From: a virus
Lineage: Duplodnaviria > Heunggongvirae > Uroviricota > Caudoviricetes
Length of the DNA stretch: 64,000 nucleotides
Virus record (IMG/VR): IMGVR_UViG_2576861193_000004
Location: 32,001 to 96,000 of that record
Reading direction: 5' to 3' (one strand)
Position numbers and translations under genes: made by a program. Below are positions 49,979 to 59,299 of this stretch, in pieces. Below the pieces are notes generated by a model. That model was not told where the DNA came from and made no database searches. It saw only the letters and a list, made by a program, of their open reading frames with translations. Within the stretch, counting starts at the first letter, position 1, and each line of letters starts with the position of its first letter.

Positions 49979-52900
49979 ATGACTCATCAAACACACACCA
50001 TTGCTGAATCCAATAACTTTATCGTCCTTGATAAGTACATCAAAGCTGAGCAAACAAGCGACAGCTACCAGAGCGAATCGGACCTGGAACGTGAACTGAT
50101 TCAGGACCTGCGGAATCAGGGTTATGAATTTATTTCCGTAAAATCACAGTCGGCAATGCTGTCCAATGTTCGGGAACAGCTTCAGAGCCTCAATGGTGTG
50201 ATGTTTAATGACAGCGAGTGGCGGCGCTTCACGGAGCAGTATCTGGACAATCCCAGCGATGGTATTCTGGATAAGACCCGTAAAATCCATATCGACTATA
50301 TCTGCGACTTTATTTTTGACGACGGGCGTCTTGAGAACATCTATCTGATCGATAAAAAGAATCTCATGCGCAACAAAGTGCAGATTATCCAGCAGTTTGA
50401 ACAGGCAGGTTCTCATGCTAACCGTTATGACGTCACGATCCTGGTTAATGGCTTGCCTCTGGTGCAAATCGAACTGAAAAAGCGCGGCGTGGCGATTCGT
50501 GAGGCTTTCAACCAGATACATCGTTACAGCAAAGAGAGTTTTAACAGCGAAAATTCCCTGTTTAAGTATCTGCAACTGTTTGTCATTTCTAACGGCACCG
50601 ATACCCGTTATTTTGCCAACACCACAAAGCGCGATAAAAACAGTTTTGACTTCACCATGAACTGGGCGAAATCAGACAACACGCTGATTAAAGACCTCAA
50701 AGACTTTACCGCTACCTTTTTCCAGAAACATACCCTGCTTAATGTTCTGGTGAACTACAGCGTGTTTGACAGTAGTCAGACGCTACTGGTGATGCGACCG
50801 TACCAGATTGCAGCTACCGAACGGATCTTATGGAAAATCAACAGCTCCTATAAAGCGAAAAACTGGTCTAACCCCGAAAGCGGTGGCTTTATCTGGCACA
50901 CCACTGGTTCCGGTAAAACACTGACCAGCTTTAAAGCCGCGCGTCTGGCAACTGAACTGGACTTTATTGATAAAGTCTTCTTCGTGGTCGACAGGAAAGA
51001 CCTCGATTACCAGACCATGAAGGAATATCAGCGTTTTTCGCCAGACAGCGTCAACGGCTCGGAAAATACCGCAGGTCTTAAACGAAATCTGGATAAGGAC
51101 GATAACAAAATTATCGTCACCACTATTCAGAAACTTAATAACCTGATGAAAGCAGAAAGCGACCTGCCTGTATACAATCAGCAAGTGGTGTTTATATTTG
51201 ATGAATGCCACCGCAGCCAGTTTGGAGAAGCGCAGAAAAACCTGAAGAAGAAATTCAAACGCTATTATCAGTTTGGTTTTACCGGCACCCCTATTTTCCC
51301 GGAAAATGCCTTAGGCTCAGAAACGACCGCCAGCGTATTTGGTCGTGAATTGCATTCGTATGTAATTACCGATGCGATTCGTGACGAAAAAGTGCTCAAA
51401 TTCAAGGTGGACTACAACGATGTGCGGCCACAGTTTAAGTCTTTAGAGACAGAAACTGACGAGAAAAAACTGAGTGCGGCTGAAAATCAGCAGGCGTTTC
51501 TTCATCCCATGCGTATTCAGGAAATCACGCAATATATCCTGAACAACTTCCGCCAGAAGACTCACCGTACTTACCCCGGCTCCAAAGGTTTTAATGCCAT
51601 GCTGGCAGTAAGCAGCGTGGATGCCGCGAAAGCCTATTACGCGACGTTTAAACGGTTACAAGAGGAAGCCGCTAATAAATCTGCTACCTATAAACCACTG
51701 CGTGTTGCGACAATCTTCTCCTTTGCCGCCAATGAAGAACAAAATGCCATTGGTGAAATTTCCGATGAAACTTTTGATACCAGCGCAATGGACAGCAGTG
51801 CTAAAGAGTTTCTTGACGCTGCAATTCGTGAGTATAACAGCTATTTTAAAACTAACTTCAGCACCGACAGTAACGGTTTTCAGAACTACTATCGTGATTT
51901 AGCCCAACGGGTTAAAAATCAGGATATCGATCTGTTAATTGTCGTTGGGATGTTTTTAACCGGCTTCGACGCTCCAACATTGAACACGCTATTCGTCGAT
52001 AAAAACTTGCGTTTTCACGGCCTGATGCAGGCATTCTCCCGTACCAACCGCATTTATGACGCTACTAAAACCTTCGGTAACATCGTCACTTTTCGGGATC
52101 TGGAACGCTCAACCATTGATGCCATAACGCTGTTTGGTGATAAAAATACTAAAAATGTGGTGTTAGAAAAGAGTTATGCAGAGTATATGGAAGGCTTTAC
52201 TGATGCTGCTACAGGTGAAGCTAAACGCGGCTTTATGGCAGTAGTTTCAGAACTGGAACAACGGTTCCCTGACCCTGCCAGTATTGAAAGTGAAAAAGAG
52301 AAGAAAGACTTCGTTAAACTGTTTGGCGAATACCTGCGTGCCGAGAACATCCTGCAAAACTATGATGAATTTGCCACGCTGAAAGCCCTGCAACAAATCG
52401 ATCTTAGCGATCCTGTTGCGGTAGAAAAATTCAAAGAAGAACATTATGTGGATGATGAAAAGTTCGCTGAATTGCAAACGATTCGTCTCCCTGCTGAACG
52501 CAAGATTCAGGATTATCGTTCTGCCTATAACGATATTCGTGACTGGCAGCGCCGCGAGAAAGAAGCTGATAAAAAAGAAAAATCAACCACTGACTGGGAT
52601 GACGTGGTTTTTGAGGTCGATTTGCTGAAGTCTCAGGAAATAAACCTGGATTATATCCTTGGACTGATTTTCGAACACAACAGACAAAATAAAGGCAAGG
52701 GCGAAATGATCGAAGAGGTCAAACGCTTAATTCGTTCAAGCCTGGGGAACCGGGCGAAAGAGGGCCTGGTGGTCGATTTTATTCAGCAAACGAACCTGGA
52801 TGATTTACCAGACAAAGCCAGCATCATTGACGCGTTCTTTACCTTTGCTCAACACGAACAGCTACGTGAAGCAGAAGCGTTGATTAAAGAAGAAAATCTC

Positions 52901-53095
52901 AATGAAGAGGCGGCGAAACGCTATATTCGCACGTCTTTAAAACGCGAATACGCCACCGAAAATGGCACAGAATTAAACGAGACATTACCAAAACTTAGTC
53001 CGTTAAACCCGCAATATAAAACGAAAAAACAGACGGTTTTCCAGAAAATCGTCACGTTTATTGAAAAGTTCAAAGGAGTAGGTGGGCAGATATAG
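49979..53095 (+). CDS. hsdR: type I restriction enzyme endonuclease/translocase subunit
   Basis: 1038 aa with SF2 helicase motifs (TGSGKT, DECHRS, GFTGTP). Confidence 0.9.
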   Translation: MTHQTHTIAESNNFIVLDKYIKAEQTSDSYQSESDLERELIQDLRNQGYEFISVKSQSAMLSNVREQLQSLNGVMFNDSEWRRFTEQYLDNPSDGILDKTRKIHIDYICDFIFDDGRLENIYLIDKKNLMRNKVQIIQQFEQAGSHANRYDVTILVNGLPLVQIELKKRGVAIREAFNQIHRYSKESFNSENSLFKYLQLFVISNGTDTRYFANTTKRDKNSFDFTMNWAKSDNTLIKDLKDFTATFFQKHTLLNVLVNYSVFDSSQTLLVMRPYQIAATERILWKINSSYKAKNWSNPESGGFIWHTTGSGKTLTSFKAARLATELDFIDKVFFVVDRKDLDYQTMKEYQRFSPDSVNGSENTAGLKRNLDKDDNKIIVTTIQKLNNLMKAESDLPVYNQQVVFIFDECHRSQFGEAQKNLKKKFKRYYQFGFTGTPIFPENALGSETTASVFGRELHSYVITDAIRDEKVLKFKVDYNDVRPQFKSLETETDEKKLSAAENQQAFLHPMRIQEITQYILNNFRQKTHRTYPGSKGFNAMLAVSSVDAAKAYYATFKRLQEEAANKSATYKPLRVATIFSFAANEEQNAIGEISDETFDTSAMDSSAKEFLDAAIREYNSYFKTNFSTDSNGFQNYYRDLAQRVKNQDIDLLIVVGMFLTGFDAPTLNTLFVDKNLRFHGLMQAFSRTNRIYDATKTFGNIVTFRDLERSTIDAITLFGDKNTKNVVLEKSYAEYMEGFTDAATGEAKRGFMAVVSELEQRFPDPASIESEKEKKDFVKLFGEYLRAENILQNYDEFATLKALQQIDLSDPVAVEKFKEEHYVDDEKFAELQTIRLPAERKIQDYRSAYNDIRDWQRREKEADKKEKSTTDWDDVVFEVDLLKSQEINLDYILGLIFEHNRQNKGKGEMIEEVKRLIRSSLGNRAKEGLVVDFIQQTNLDDLPDKASIIDAFFTFAQHEQLREAEALIKEENLNEEAAKRYIRTSLKREYATENGTELNETLPKLSPLNPQYKTKKQTVFQKIVTFIEKFKGVGGQI

Positions 53096-53153
53096 TGTAT
53101 TAATCTGAACCAGATCTGGCAGATATCTGTGCAAATTGCAGATAGCTGTCAGA

Positions 53154-53564
53154 TCAAGCCATCGTAGGGATGTCTGTATCCACTTTGAACTCCGGTACAC
53201 CAACGAACTCTTTAACCTTCATCTGATAGCCGGTTCTGTCAGTTTTGATGACTTCCTGCTTGCCCTCGATAAATTGCTCACGCCACTCGTCGCGACGGGA
53301 AGCTGGCATGATCAGCAAAACGTTAGTCATATCCGTGACCTTCCTCCAGTACTCGGCCCAAATATTCTGTTTCACCCATTCCAGATCGACTTTATCCAGC
53401 CAAGCTCGATTCAAACGTGAGCGATCTTCATCTGGTCGATGGTTTAGTCTCAGCAGGCGATTAATCATGTTGTGGCGTTCGTCGCCATAAACGAAGTCGT
53501 GTACCTGATACATGAAGGCGATCTCTTTCTCGCACTCGGCCACGATTTCGTGGATGACATTCAT
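53154..53564 (-). CDS. hypothetical protein
   Basis: 136-aa ORF convergent with hsdR, SD AGGAA before ATG 53564. Confidence 0.5.
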   Translation of the reverse strand: MNVIHEIVAECEKEIAFMYQVHDFVYGDERHNMINRLLRLNHRPDEDRSRLNRAWLDKVDLEWVKQNIWAEYWRKVTDMTNVLLIMPASRRDEWREQFIEGKQEVIKTDRTGYQMKVKEFVGVPEFKVDTDIPTMA

Positions 53565-53740
53565 TTCCTGCCGATAGTCGATAGTCGATAGCAGCGTTTG
53601 AGTTGGGATCGTCGATGATGGAAAGGGCTGTATTCATAATAGCACCATTAAGAAGTGATTTGTTTAATGGTGCTATTATTTCAAAAATGAAAAGGTACTA
53701 AATAGAAATAAACCGGCAATCCTTCAAATAAAGGCATTGT

Positions 53741-54355
53741 CTAATCATACTTGGAGGTATTTATCACCAGAATTTTGTTTGTATAAATCTTCTTAATATC
53801 CCATGTGACATTACCGGAATACCATTGGCCGTTATACACTTGGTTTCCAGTTGCACCTGTCATAGTTACATAGACAGGTCTGTCGTAATCGGTTCGTCTA
53901 TAGTTATATACCCCAACCATAGCAGGCATTACTGCGCACGGATACCCCATATCTATTGTAAATTGTGGGTCAGAAATAGTGATAAGTTTCGCATCAAGGG
54001 GCATCATCTCACCGTGATACACCATTGCGCCTGCGCTGTTATACATGGCAATGCCATAGCCAGAATGTGGTAACACCATATCAGAAAAAGCATAAACTGT
54101 TATTGTTCCGGGGCTACCATTTACCTGATGCAATCTGAGAGCATTGTATCCGTTACTATTTTCATGAATAAACATCATGTTCGCCTTATTACTGCTTTTT
54201 ATGAAGAAAAAGCATGATTTGTTTGATGGGATTGATGTTTTAAAAACAGAACCTTTAGATGCAGACATTGTCCCTTTATTAATCAGATTTTGCGGAGTAA
54301 ATTCTGGACTCATCCACAAACCTCCATCTGATTGAGTAATTGACATCCCGAACAT
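53741..54355 (-). CDS. hypothetical beta-rich protein (Asn/Tyr/Gly/Thr-rich)
   Basis: AT-rich ORF. Track start 54412 is TTG. ATG at 54355 lies 2 nt after the stop of the upstream 93-aa gene. Confidence 0.45.
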   Translation of the reverse strand: MFGMSITQSDGGLWMSPEFTPQNLINKGTMSASKGSVFKTSIPSNKSCFFFIKSSNKANMMFIHENSNGYNALRLHQVNGSPGTITVYAFSDMVLPHSGYGIAMYNSAGAMVYHGEMMPLDAKLITISDPQFTIDMGYPCAVMPAMVGVYNYRRTDYDRPVYVTMTGATGNQVYNGQWYSGNVTWDIKKIYTNKILVINTSKYD

Positions 54356-54357
54356 AA

Positions 54358-54639
54358 TTATCCCCAGTATGTGTATATGTAAGAACCAAGCCCCGTATAT
54401 AAATTTGACCAACTAACCGTATTTCCATTAATAGTAACTTTCGGAACAGGTAAATTGATGTAGTTGTCGTTGTTAAGAGGCATCAATGACCACACGGCAT
54501 GAAGTGATTTACCCGGTGGCGGATTAGAGTACGTCTTAGAGCCTGATGACGCCGTAAATCGATCAAGAAAAAAAATAGGTGTAAGGAAGCCAGTAACGTT
54601 AATTCCTTTATTGTTGTAAATCCCTGTACCGTATGCCAT
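54358..54639 (-). CDS. hypothetical protein (93 aa)
   Basis: ATG 54639 with SD AGGGTG, terminator-like hairpin upstream, coupled to the following gene. Confidence 0.45.
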   Translation of the reverse strand: MAYGTGIYNNKGINVTGFLTPIFFLDRFTASSGSKTYSNPPPGKSLHAVWSLMPLNNDNYINLPVPKVTINGNTVSWSNLYTGLGSYIYTYWG

Positions 54640-54693
54640 TTTTCACCCTTGTTTTTATCAACACAATATGGCCGATCATGCGGCCATATCAGA

Positions 54694-55263
54694 TCAATTA
54701 GAGCTTTGAAAGACTTTGTGTGGTTGTGTTGCGAGGTTATGTCGATGGCTTAACTCACGCATCATGTCTTCAAGGCGACTCTTTGTGTCGTCGAGTTGGT
54801 CGGCCATTGCTCCCAAAAGCTGACGAACGGCCATCGGATCATCGCTGTTTAGTGATGGCATTTTATAACCCGCCTGAGAAGACATAAGATTGAACGCAGA
54901 CATCAACATCGTTAGAGAGGATTTAAGCCCAGCAATTTCACGATCTTTGCTGGCAATAATCGCCTCACTCTTGTTAGTGTCATCAGTACGTTGAGTCTCG
55001 CTCACCATATCCAAAGTCGCCTGCAACTTATCAGCGAGCTCTTTTTCAGCAAGATAATGAACGCCGAAATGATGTGCTAAAGCTACAACCTGAGTTGGTT
55101 CTTCAAAGGTGGAATTAAAATTAAGTACTGTAAACAGTCTCTCAAATATGGAAACGTCTTCTGTTCCCCGAACAATACCTAACATTTTGACAAGTTCATT
55201 AGCATCCATTTCTTCGAATAGGGCGTTTTGTTCATCAGCTATTGCTTTGCATTTCTCGCACAT
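54694..55263 (-). CDS. hypothetical protein with N-terminal CxxC
   Basis: 189-aa ORF (MCEKCK...) preceded by the conserved promoter-palindrome cassette. Confidence 0.5.
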   Translation of the reverse strand: MCEKCKAIADEQNALFEEMDANELVKMLGIVRGTEDVSIFERLFTVLNFNSTFEEPTQVVALAHHFGVHYLAEKELADKLQATLDMVSETQRTDDTNKSEAIIASKDREIAGLKSSLTMLMSAFNLMSSQAGYKMPSLNSDDPMAVRQLLGAMADQLDDTKSRLEDMMRELSHRHNLATQPHKVFQSSN

Positions 55264-55560
55264 GTGTTTTCCTTAATTCTTAAACAAGTTGTTTTCTTAT
55301 TGGGTTTATTGTGATGTGGCATATAAGGGGAGCAAGCTAAACGTAAAGGTGCAAACTCTCTATTTTGGTCAACGAAACACAAGGGCCATTTGGCCCTTGC
55401 CATTAACACGTTGCTTTACGGACTAGCGGATAGGCGAAGTAGATCGCCAAACCAATGAGGACGCCATCAGAAATGACAGACATCATCTTTCCCGTAAAAT
55501 CCACCAACACCGCCATCACCAGAAGAGCAATGACGGTCACAAGCCGGAATCTCTCAAGCA

Positions 55561-55986
55561 TTAGAGATAAGCATCCAGTGACAACTGAAGCGCCTGGGCG
55601 ATCTTTTTCAGTGCCTGCTCTTCTTGTTCACCAATGCCGTCCTGGTCGGCAATATCAAGGCACAGACACAGAACATCGACCGCCTCTGGAGTGCCCGCAA
55701 TATCAGCCAGCTCACGCATAGCCTGCGCATTCGCAGAACGAGGGGACGCTTCGTAACGAGCACGGATATTGGCGCTCATTTGGGCAATTTCACCAGCAAA
55801 CGGAGAAAACGCAGGCAGAGCTGCAATTGTCTTCTCAAGAATGGCAATTTCTTTTGCGTCACATGTGCCGTCGGCATAGGAGATCATGTACGCGCCCCAC
55901 ACGGTGGCCTCAACCGCATCACGGTTCTCCATTTTTTTGACTTCGATAACAGCTTTACGAGTTTTCTTTTTGAAGAAACCTAACAT
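55561..55986 (-). CDS. TerB-like (tellurite-resistance TerB fold) protein
   Basis: 141 aa with a TerB-like helical pattern. Preceded by the conserved palindrome cassette. Confidence 0.5.
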   Translation of the reverse strand: MLGFFKKKTRKAVIEVKKMENRDAVEATVWGAYMISYADGTCDAKEIAILEKTIAALPAFSPFAGEIAQMSANIRARYEASPRSANAQAMRELADIAGTPEAVDVLCLCLDIADQDGIGEQEEQALKKIAQALQLSLDAYL

Positions 55987-56079
55987 GTGTTTTCCTTTTG
56001 TTATTTGTCAAAACAAGTTGTTTTATAGTTTCATAAATTGCTTACGCAAAGATGGTCAATGCATATGCACTAACAACCG

Positions 56080-56268
56080 TCAGAAATAACCAAGTACCGA
56101 ACCGACTGGAAAAACAAAAATCCCAACTACACGAGCCAAGGTCATGCCAGCCTGAAACTTGAGATCACCTGAGCAAACGAGTTTTATAATGTTGGATACC
56201 CAACCGGCGGCCATGAGAGCCAGAATTGCCAGCCAAATTTTCCCAAAGTGATTTGAAAGCCAGTTCAT
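56080..56268 (-). CDS. small membrane protein with two TM helices (holin-like)
   Basis: 62 aa with TM1 IWLAILALMAAGWV and TM2 VVGIFVFPVGSVLGYF. Start overlaps stop of upstream small ORF. Confidence 0.45.
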   Translation of the reverse strand: MNWLSNHFGKIWLAILALMAAGWVSNIIKLVCSGDLKFQAGMTLARVVGIFVFPVGSVLGYF

Positions 56269-56516
56269 ACAACCACCTTAGTCACAACATGATCCTGAGT
56301 AACTGGATGAACTTGAGGTATCGCATCCACCGTCATCCCATCCAGAGTGACAGGACGCTCTACTGTAGTGGTGGTAATTGTCGTCGACGGAGGTGTGGTG
56401 ATGGATGAATCCGGCATCAAAAGGCTCTGACCGGCTGGTACGGTAATCGCTGCCAGAGTTGCCAAAATCACTCCGTAGGCCATTGGCTTCAGTCGATTTC
56501 GTTGAAAATTTTCCAT
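56265..56516 (-). CDS. small protein with hydrophobic segment and Thr/Pro-rich linker
   Basis: ATG 56516 with SD AAGGA at 8 nt. Translationally coupled to the 2-TM gene. Lies inside a longer alternative-frame ORF (56278-56772). Confidence 0.35.
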   Translation of the reverse strand: MENFQRNRLKPMAYGVILATLAAITVPAGQSLLMPDSSITTPPSTTITTTTVERPVTLDGMTVDAIPQVHPVTQDHVVTKVVV

Positions 56517-56914
56517 GAGAACTGTCCTTGTGTGTCCGGGTTTCACGCAACACACGAGAAGCGACGCTATTACGCACCTTCTCCATGCCTACTGTCGTGC
56601 CCAGATTAGCTATGGCGGTAGCTTGCGCATTAATGCGCTTCTCCAGTTCAAACACTCGTTCTTCCAGTTCCGTAAGGCGTGCGGAAACACGACCACTAAA
56701 CAGCTCGGTCAGCACCAGGCGAATTGAACGGGGACGTTTATTGAAAGAAGTGAAAGACGTTTGACGGGCCATGTGGATTCCATTCAGTGTCAGAAAGAGT
56801 TGCGGCTGGCCAAGCCAGCCGCCTTTTGGCGTTCCATCCTGGAACCGTACCTAACCGGTACTTCGTCATCCTGACGATTTATAAGATACCTGATTTATTA
56901 TAGTGGGTAAATAC

Positions 56915-57523
56915 TTACTTATCTTTTTGTGACAAAAACCCAATGTCATGCTTGTGAGGCATATCAGCTGCGGAATAGGCGGCGATCTTCGCCAGACGGT
57001 CACACATTTCGTTCTCGCGATGACCTGCATGGCCTTTAACCCACTTCCAGCGGACATTATGACGACTGGCGGCCGCGTCGAGACGTTTCCAGAGATCCAC
57101 GTTTTTGACTGGCTTCTTCTCAGACGTGATCCATCCGTTACGCTTCCAGCCTTTCATCCAGAGCGTCATGCCGTTTTTAAGATACTGGCTGTCGGAATGC
57201 AGGATCACGTTGCAGGGGTACTTCAGACGCTCCAGCGCAATCAGGGCGCCCATCATCTCCATCCGATTGTTGGTCGTGCTGTGAAAGCCCTCAGAAAGCT
57301 CGCGCTCTTCGCCTCGATACTGGAGAACGATGCCGTAACCGCCCGGCCCGCCCGGATTTTTGAGGCAAGAGCCATCACTGAATACTTTTACGGTTTTGAG
57401 CTGGGGATTGAACTCGACTACGGGGGTTTTGAAGTTGGTACGGGATTGCTGGTGGGTTTGGTATCTGGCTTTGGACTTCGTGCGGCAGCCAGTATGTTGC
57501 CGGGCTGGGGTCTTGGTCGTCAT
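56915..57523 (-). CDS. ribonuclease H (RNase HI family) with N-terminal basic extension
   Basis: RNase HI core motifs ([53 protein letters not shown]). ATG 57523 with SD GGAG; track start 57580 is GTG. Confidence 0.85.
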   Translation of the reverse strand: MTTKTPARQHTGCRTKSKARYQTHQQSRTNFKTPVVEFNPQLKTVKVFSDGSCLKNPGGPGGYGIVLQYRGEERELSEGFHSTTNNRMEMMGALIALERLKYPCNVILHSDSQYLKNGMTLWMKGWKRNGWITSEKKPVKNVDLWKRLDAAASRHNVRWKWVKGHAGHRENEMCDRLAKIAAYSAADMPHKHDIGFLSQKDK

Positions 57524-57552
57524 TTTGGCTCCAGAATCGCGCGCCGCGACGA

Positions 57553-57591
57553 TTTTTTTTTCCCTCGCGCGTGTGCGCACGCGTGCGTGTA
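57553..57591. promoter_or_regulatory. T9 homopolymer followed by a 26-bp perfectly alternating pyrimidine-purine GC-rich tract
   Basis: Read directly: TTTTTTTTT then CGCGCGTGTGCGCACGCGTGCGTGTA, containing the 12-bp palindrome CGCACGCGTGCG. Lies 20-60 bp upstream of the RNase H ATG. Confidence 0.6.
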
Positions 57592-58117
57592 AATATTAAA
57601 AATTTTTTAGAAAAGAAAAATTACTTCCCAGAACAGGTTTTAATAAAACCTGAACTGAACGAACGAAGTGAGTGAAGTTCACCTCGAACGAAGTGAGAGG
57701 TTGTCTTTTCAGGTAATACTCTCCCAGGGAGGTGAGTACAAAATTACCTCACCAACCTGGTCGTTTCATAACCTGAAAAGTTATGACCTAAGTCTACTGC
57801 CAGCTTAGGCTTGGGAAGTTATGGATGACAGCACCCCAGAACCGAGATCTTCCCACACTTTATGAAGGGGAGTACTGGATTCAACCTCTCGAAACACTCC
57901 AGACTCGACAATCATAAAGTGACCCTTCTCTCTGCCCACTTTGGTTCCCCCTTCCCCAACCCCTAAACGGTGCCGGTTCTACGCTGGTAGTGAGCTTTTT
58001 TAAACCTGACGCCAGTGACGCTATCCCCCACCCATCAGGTCGAGCTGCCAAAAGTATCCGGAAGCGGATAGATTGTATCACTGGTTAGTGGTGTTTTGAA
58101 TGGTAAGTACTTACATA

Positions 58118-58348
58118 TTATATTGATTGATTAATTTCTCGCCCATGAAGCTGGACGTTCAGGGCAAACACCTCATTGATGAGTTCCCCTAACAGCTGCT
58201 CCACCAGCTCTTTGTGCTCGCCTGAATGAAGACATTTGAGCGACCATTCGTAGAGACTGAAAGCCTTATCGCGATCTTTCATCATGTCGCGCACTGTGGC
58301 CAGAAAATCGCTCTCAACGAGCGCTACGACGTTCGTCGGGTATACCAT
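58118..58348 (-). CDS. hypothetical protein
   Basis: 76-aa ORF downstream of the compound inverted-repeat element. Confidence 0.4.
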   Translation of the reverse strand: MVYPTNVVALVESDFLATVRDMMKDRDKAFSLYEWSLKCLHSGEHKELVEQLLGELINEVFALNVQLHGREINQSI

Positions 58349-58431
58349 GATAGTTTTCCTTACTGTGGTTCATAAAATCGATTCTAGAGCGTCTGGAGAG
58401 GGGCTCCAGTAGGTTCTGAAGGTGTAAAACG

Positions 58432-58535
58432 GTCTGGGAGTTGTTTGGAAATCACGTCTTAAAAAGCCTGCGTCTGTATATATTAATAATTAGTACTTAG
58501 TTATTTATATATACGGAAGCAGGTTCTCAAACTAA
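58432..58535. promoter_or_regulatory. compound inverted-repeat element (copy 2), upstream of the 58118-58348 gene
   Basis: Same nested architecture and about 80 percent identity by eye to the 26808-26904 element. Confidence 0.65.
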
Positions 58536-58550
58536 CTCCCAGACTGGTGT

Positions 58551-59144
58551 TTACGCTGCCTTTTTACGTGGTCTCTTCTTCCTGACAACATTGGCAGGGT
58601 CATAACCAACCAGCTTTTTCATCACCGCCAGCGGTATTTTACTGATGGTGTGCCCAGCTTCCTGACAGTAGCCACGGAAGATAAGCAACATGCTGCCACC
58701 AGGGTTGATGTCTACTTCCACCAGCCCAAGTTCAACATCCGGCTCAACAAATGCCACGCGGCCACCTGACAAGATGACTGTTTCGTTTGCGCACTCAGCC
58801 GCACGCTCATACCACCGCGTATCGAGGGATTGTGGTATCAGCATGATCGTCGTCACTCCACGCGTCTGCTCGCGAATGGCCGCTTCTATCCAGGGGGTGA
58901 TTTTGGAGTAAGGCGGGTTAAGGAACGCCACAGTGCCAGGTTCTCCCCAACTGCACTTGAGCGCATCACGCTCAACACCGATAAAGTTCGGCAGGAGAGC
59001 ATTATCTTTGTTGCAGGCGACGTCCACATCGAACTTTACGCCTATGTAACGTTGGATGGCGACAAACAACCACTGCGGTGTGCGCCAAAGGTCGCGAAGA
59101 GAGGCATCACGCTCTCGCTTTTTGATTTTTTCGGCTGCGATCAT
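58551..59144 (-). CDS. DNA N6-adenine methyltransferase (phage Dam-type)
   Basis: Motifs DLWRTPQWLF and FLNPPYS typical of small phage N6A methyltransferases. Confidence 0.8.
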   Translation of the reverse strand: MIAAEKIKKRERDASLRDLWRTPQWLFVAIQRYIGVKFDVDVACNKDNALLPNFIGVERDALKCSWGEPGTVAFLNPPYSKITPWIEAAIREQTRGVTTIMLIPQSLDTRWYERAAECANETVILSGGRVAFVEPDVELGLVEVDINPGGSMLLIFRGYCQEAGHTISKIPLAVMKKLVGYDPANVVRKKRPRKKAA

Positions 59145-59299
59145 TACTTTACTCTGATAGGTAAATACTTACCTATTTTTTCATTTAATCCAACGGATAG
59201 CAAACAAAGAAGAACGCGCCAGATTCGCAAACGGGAAGCTCTCTGGCGCGTTTTATCGATGCTGGGTATGCAATGAGCTTACCCAGCGTCCTAAAGCTC

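Noticed and set aside
56265-56772. Embedded-gene arrangement considered as Rz/Rz1-type spanins
   Set aside because: The embedded ORF has no lipoprotein lipobox Cys after its hydrophobic segment and the enclosing ORF has no N-terminal TM helix; no endolysin is adjacent.
56948-57592. 214-aa plus-strand ORF antisense to RNase H
   Set aside because: RNase H motifs on the minus strand are unambiguous.
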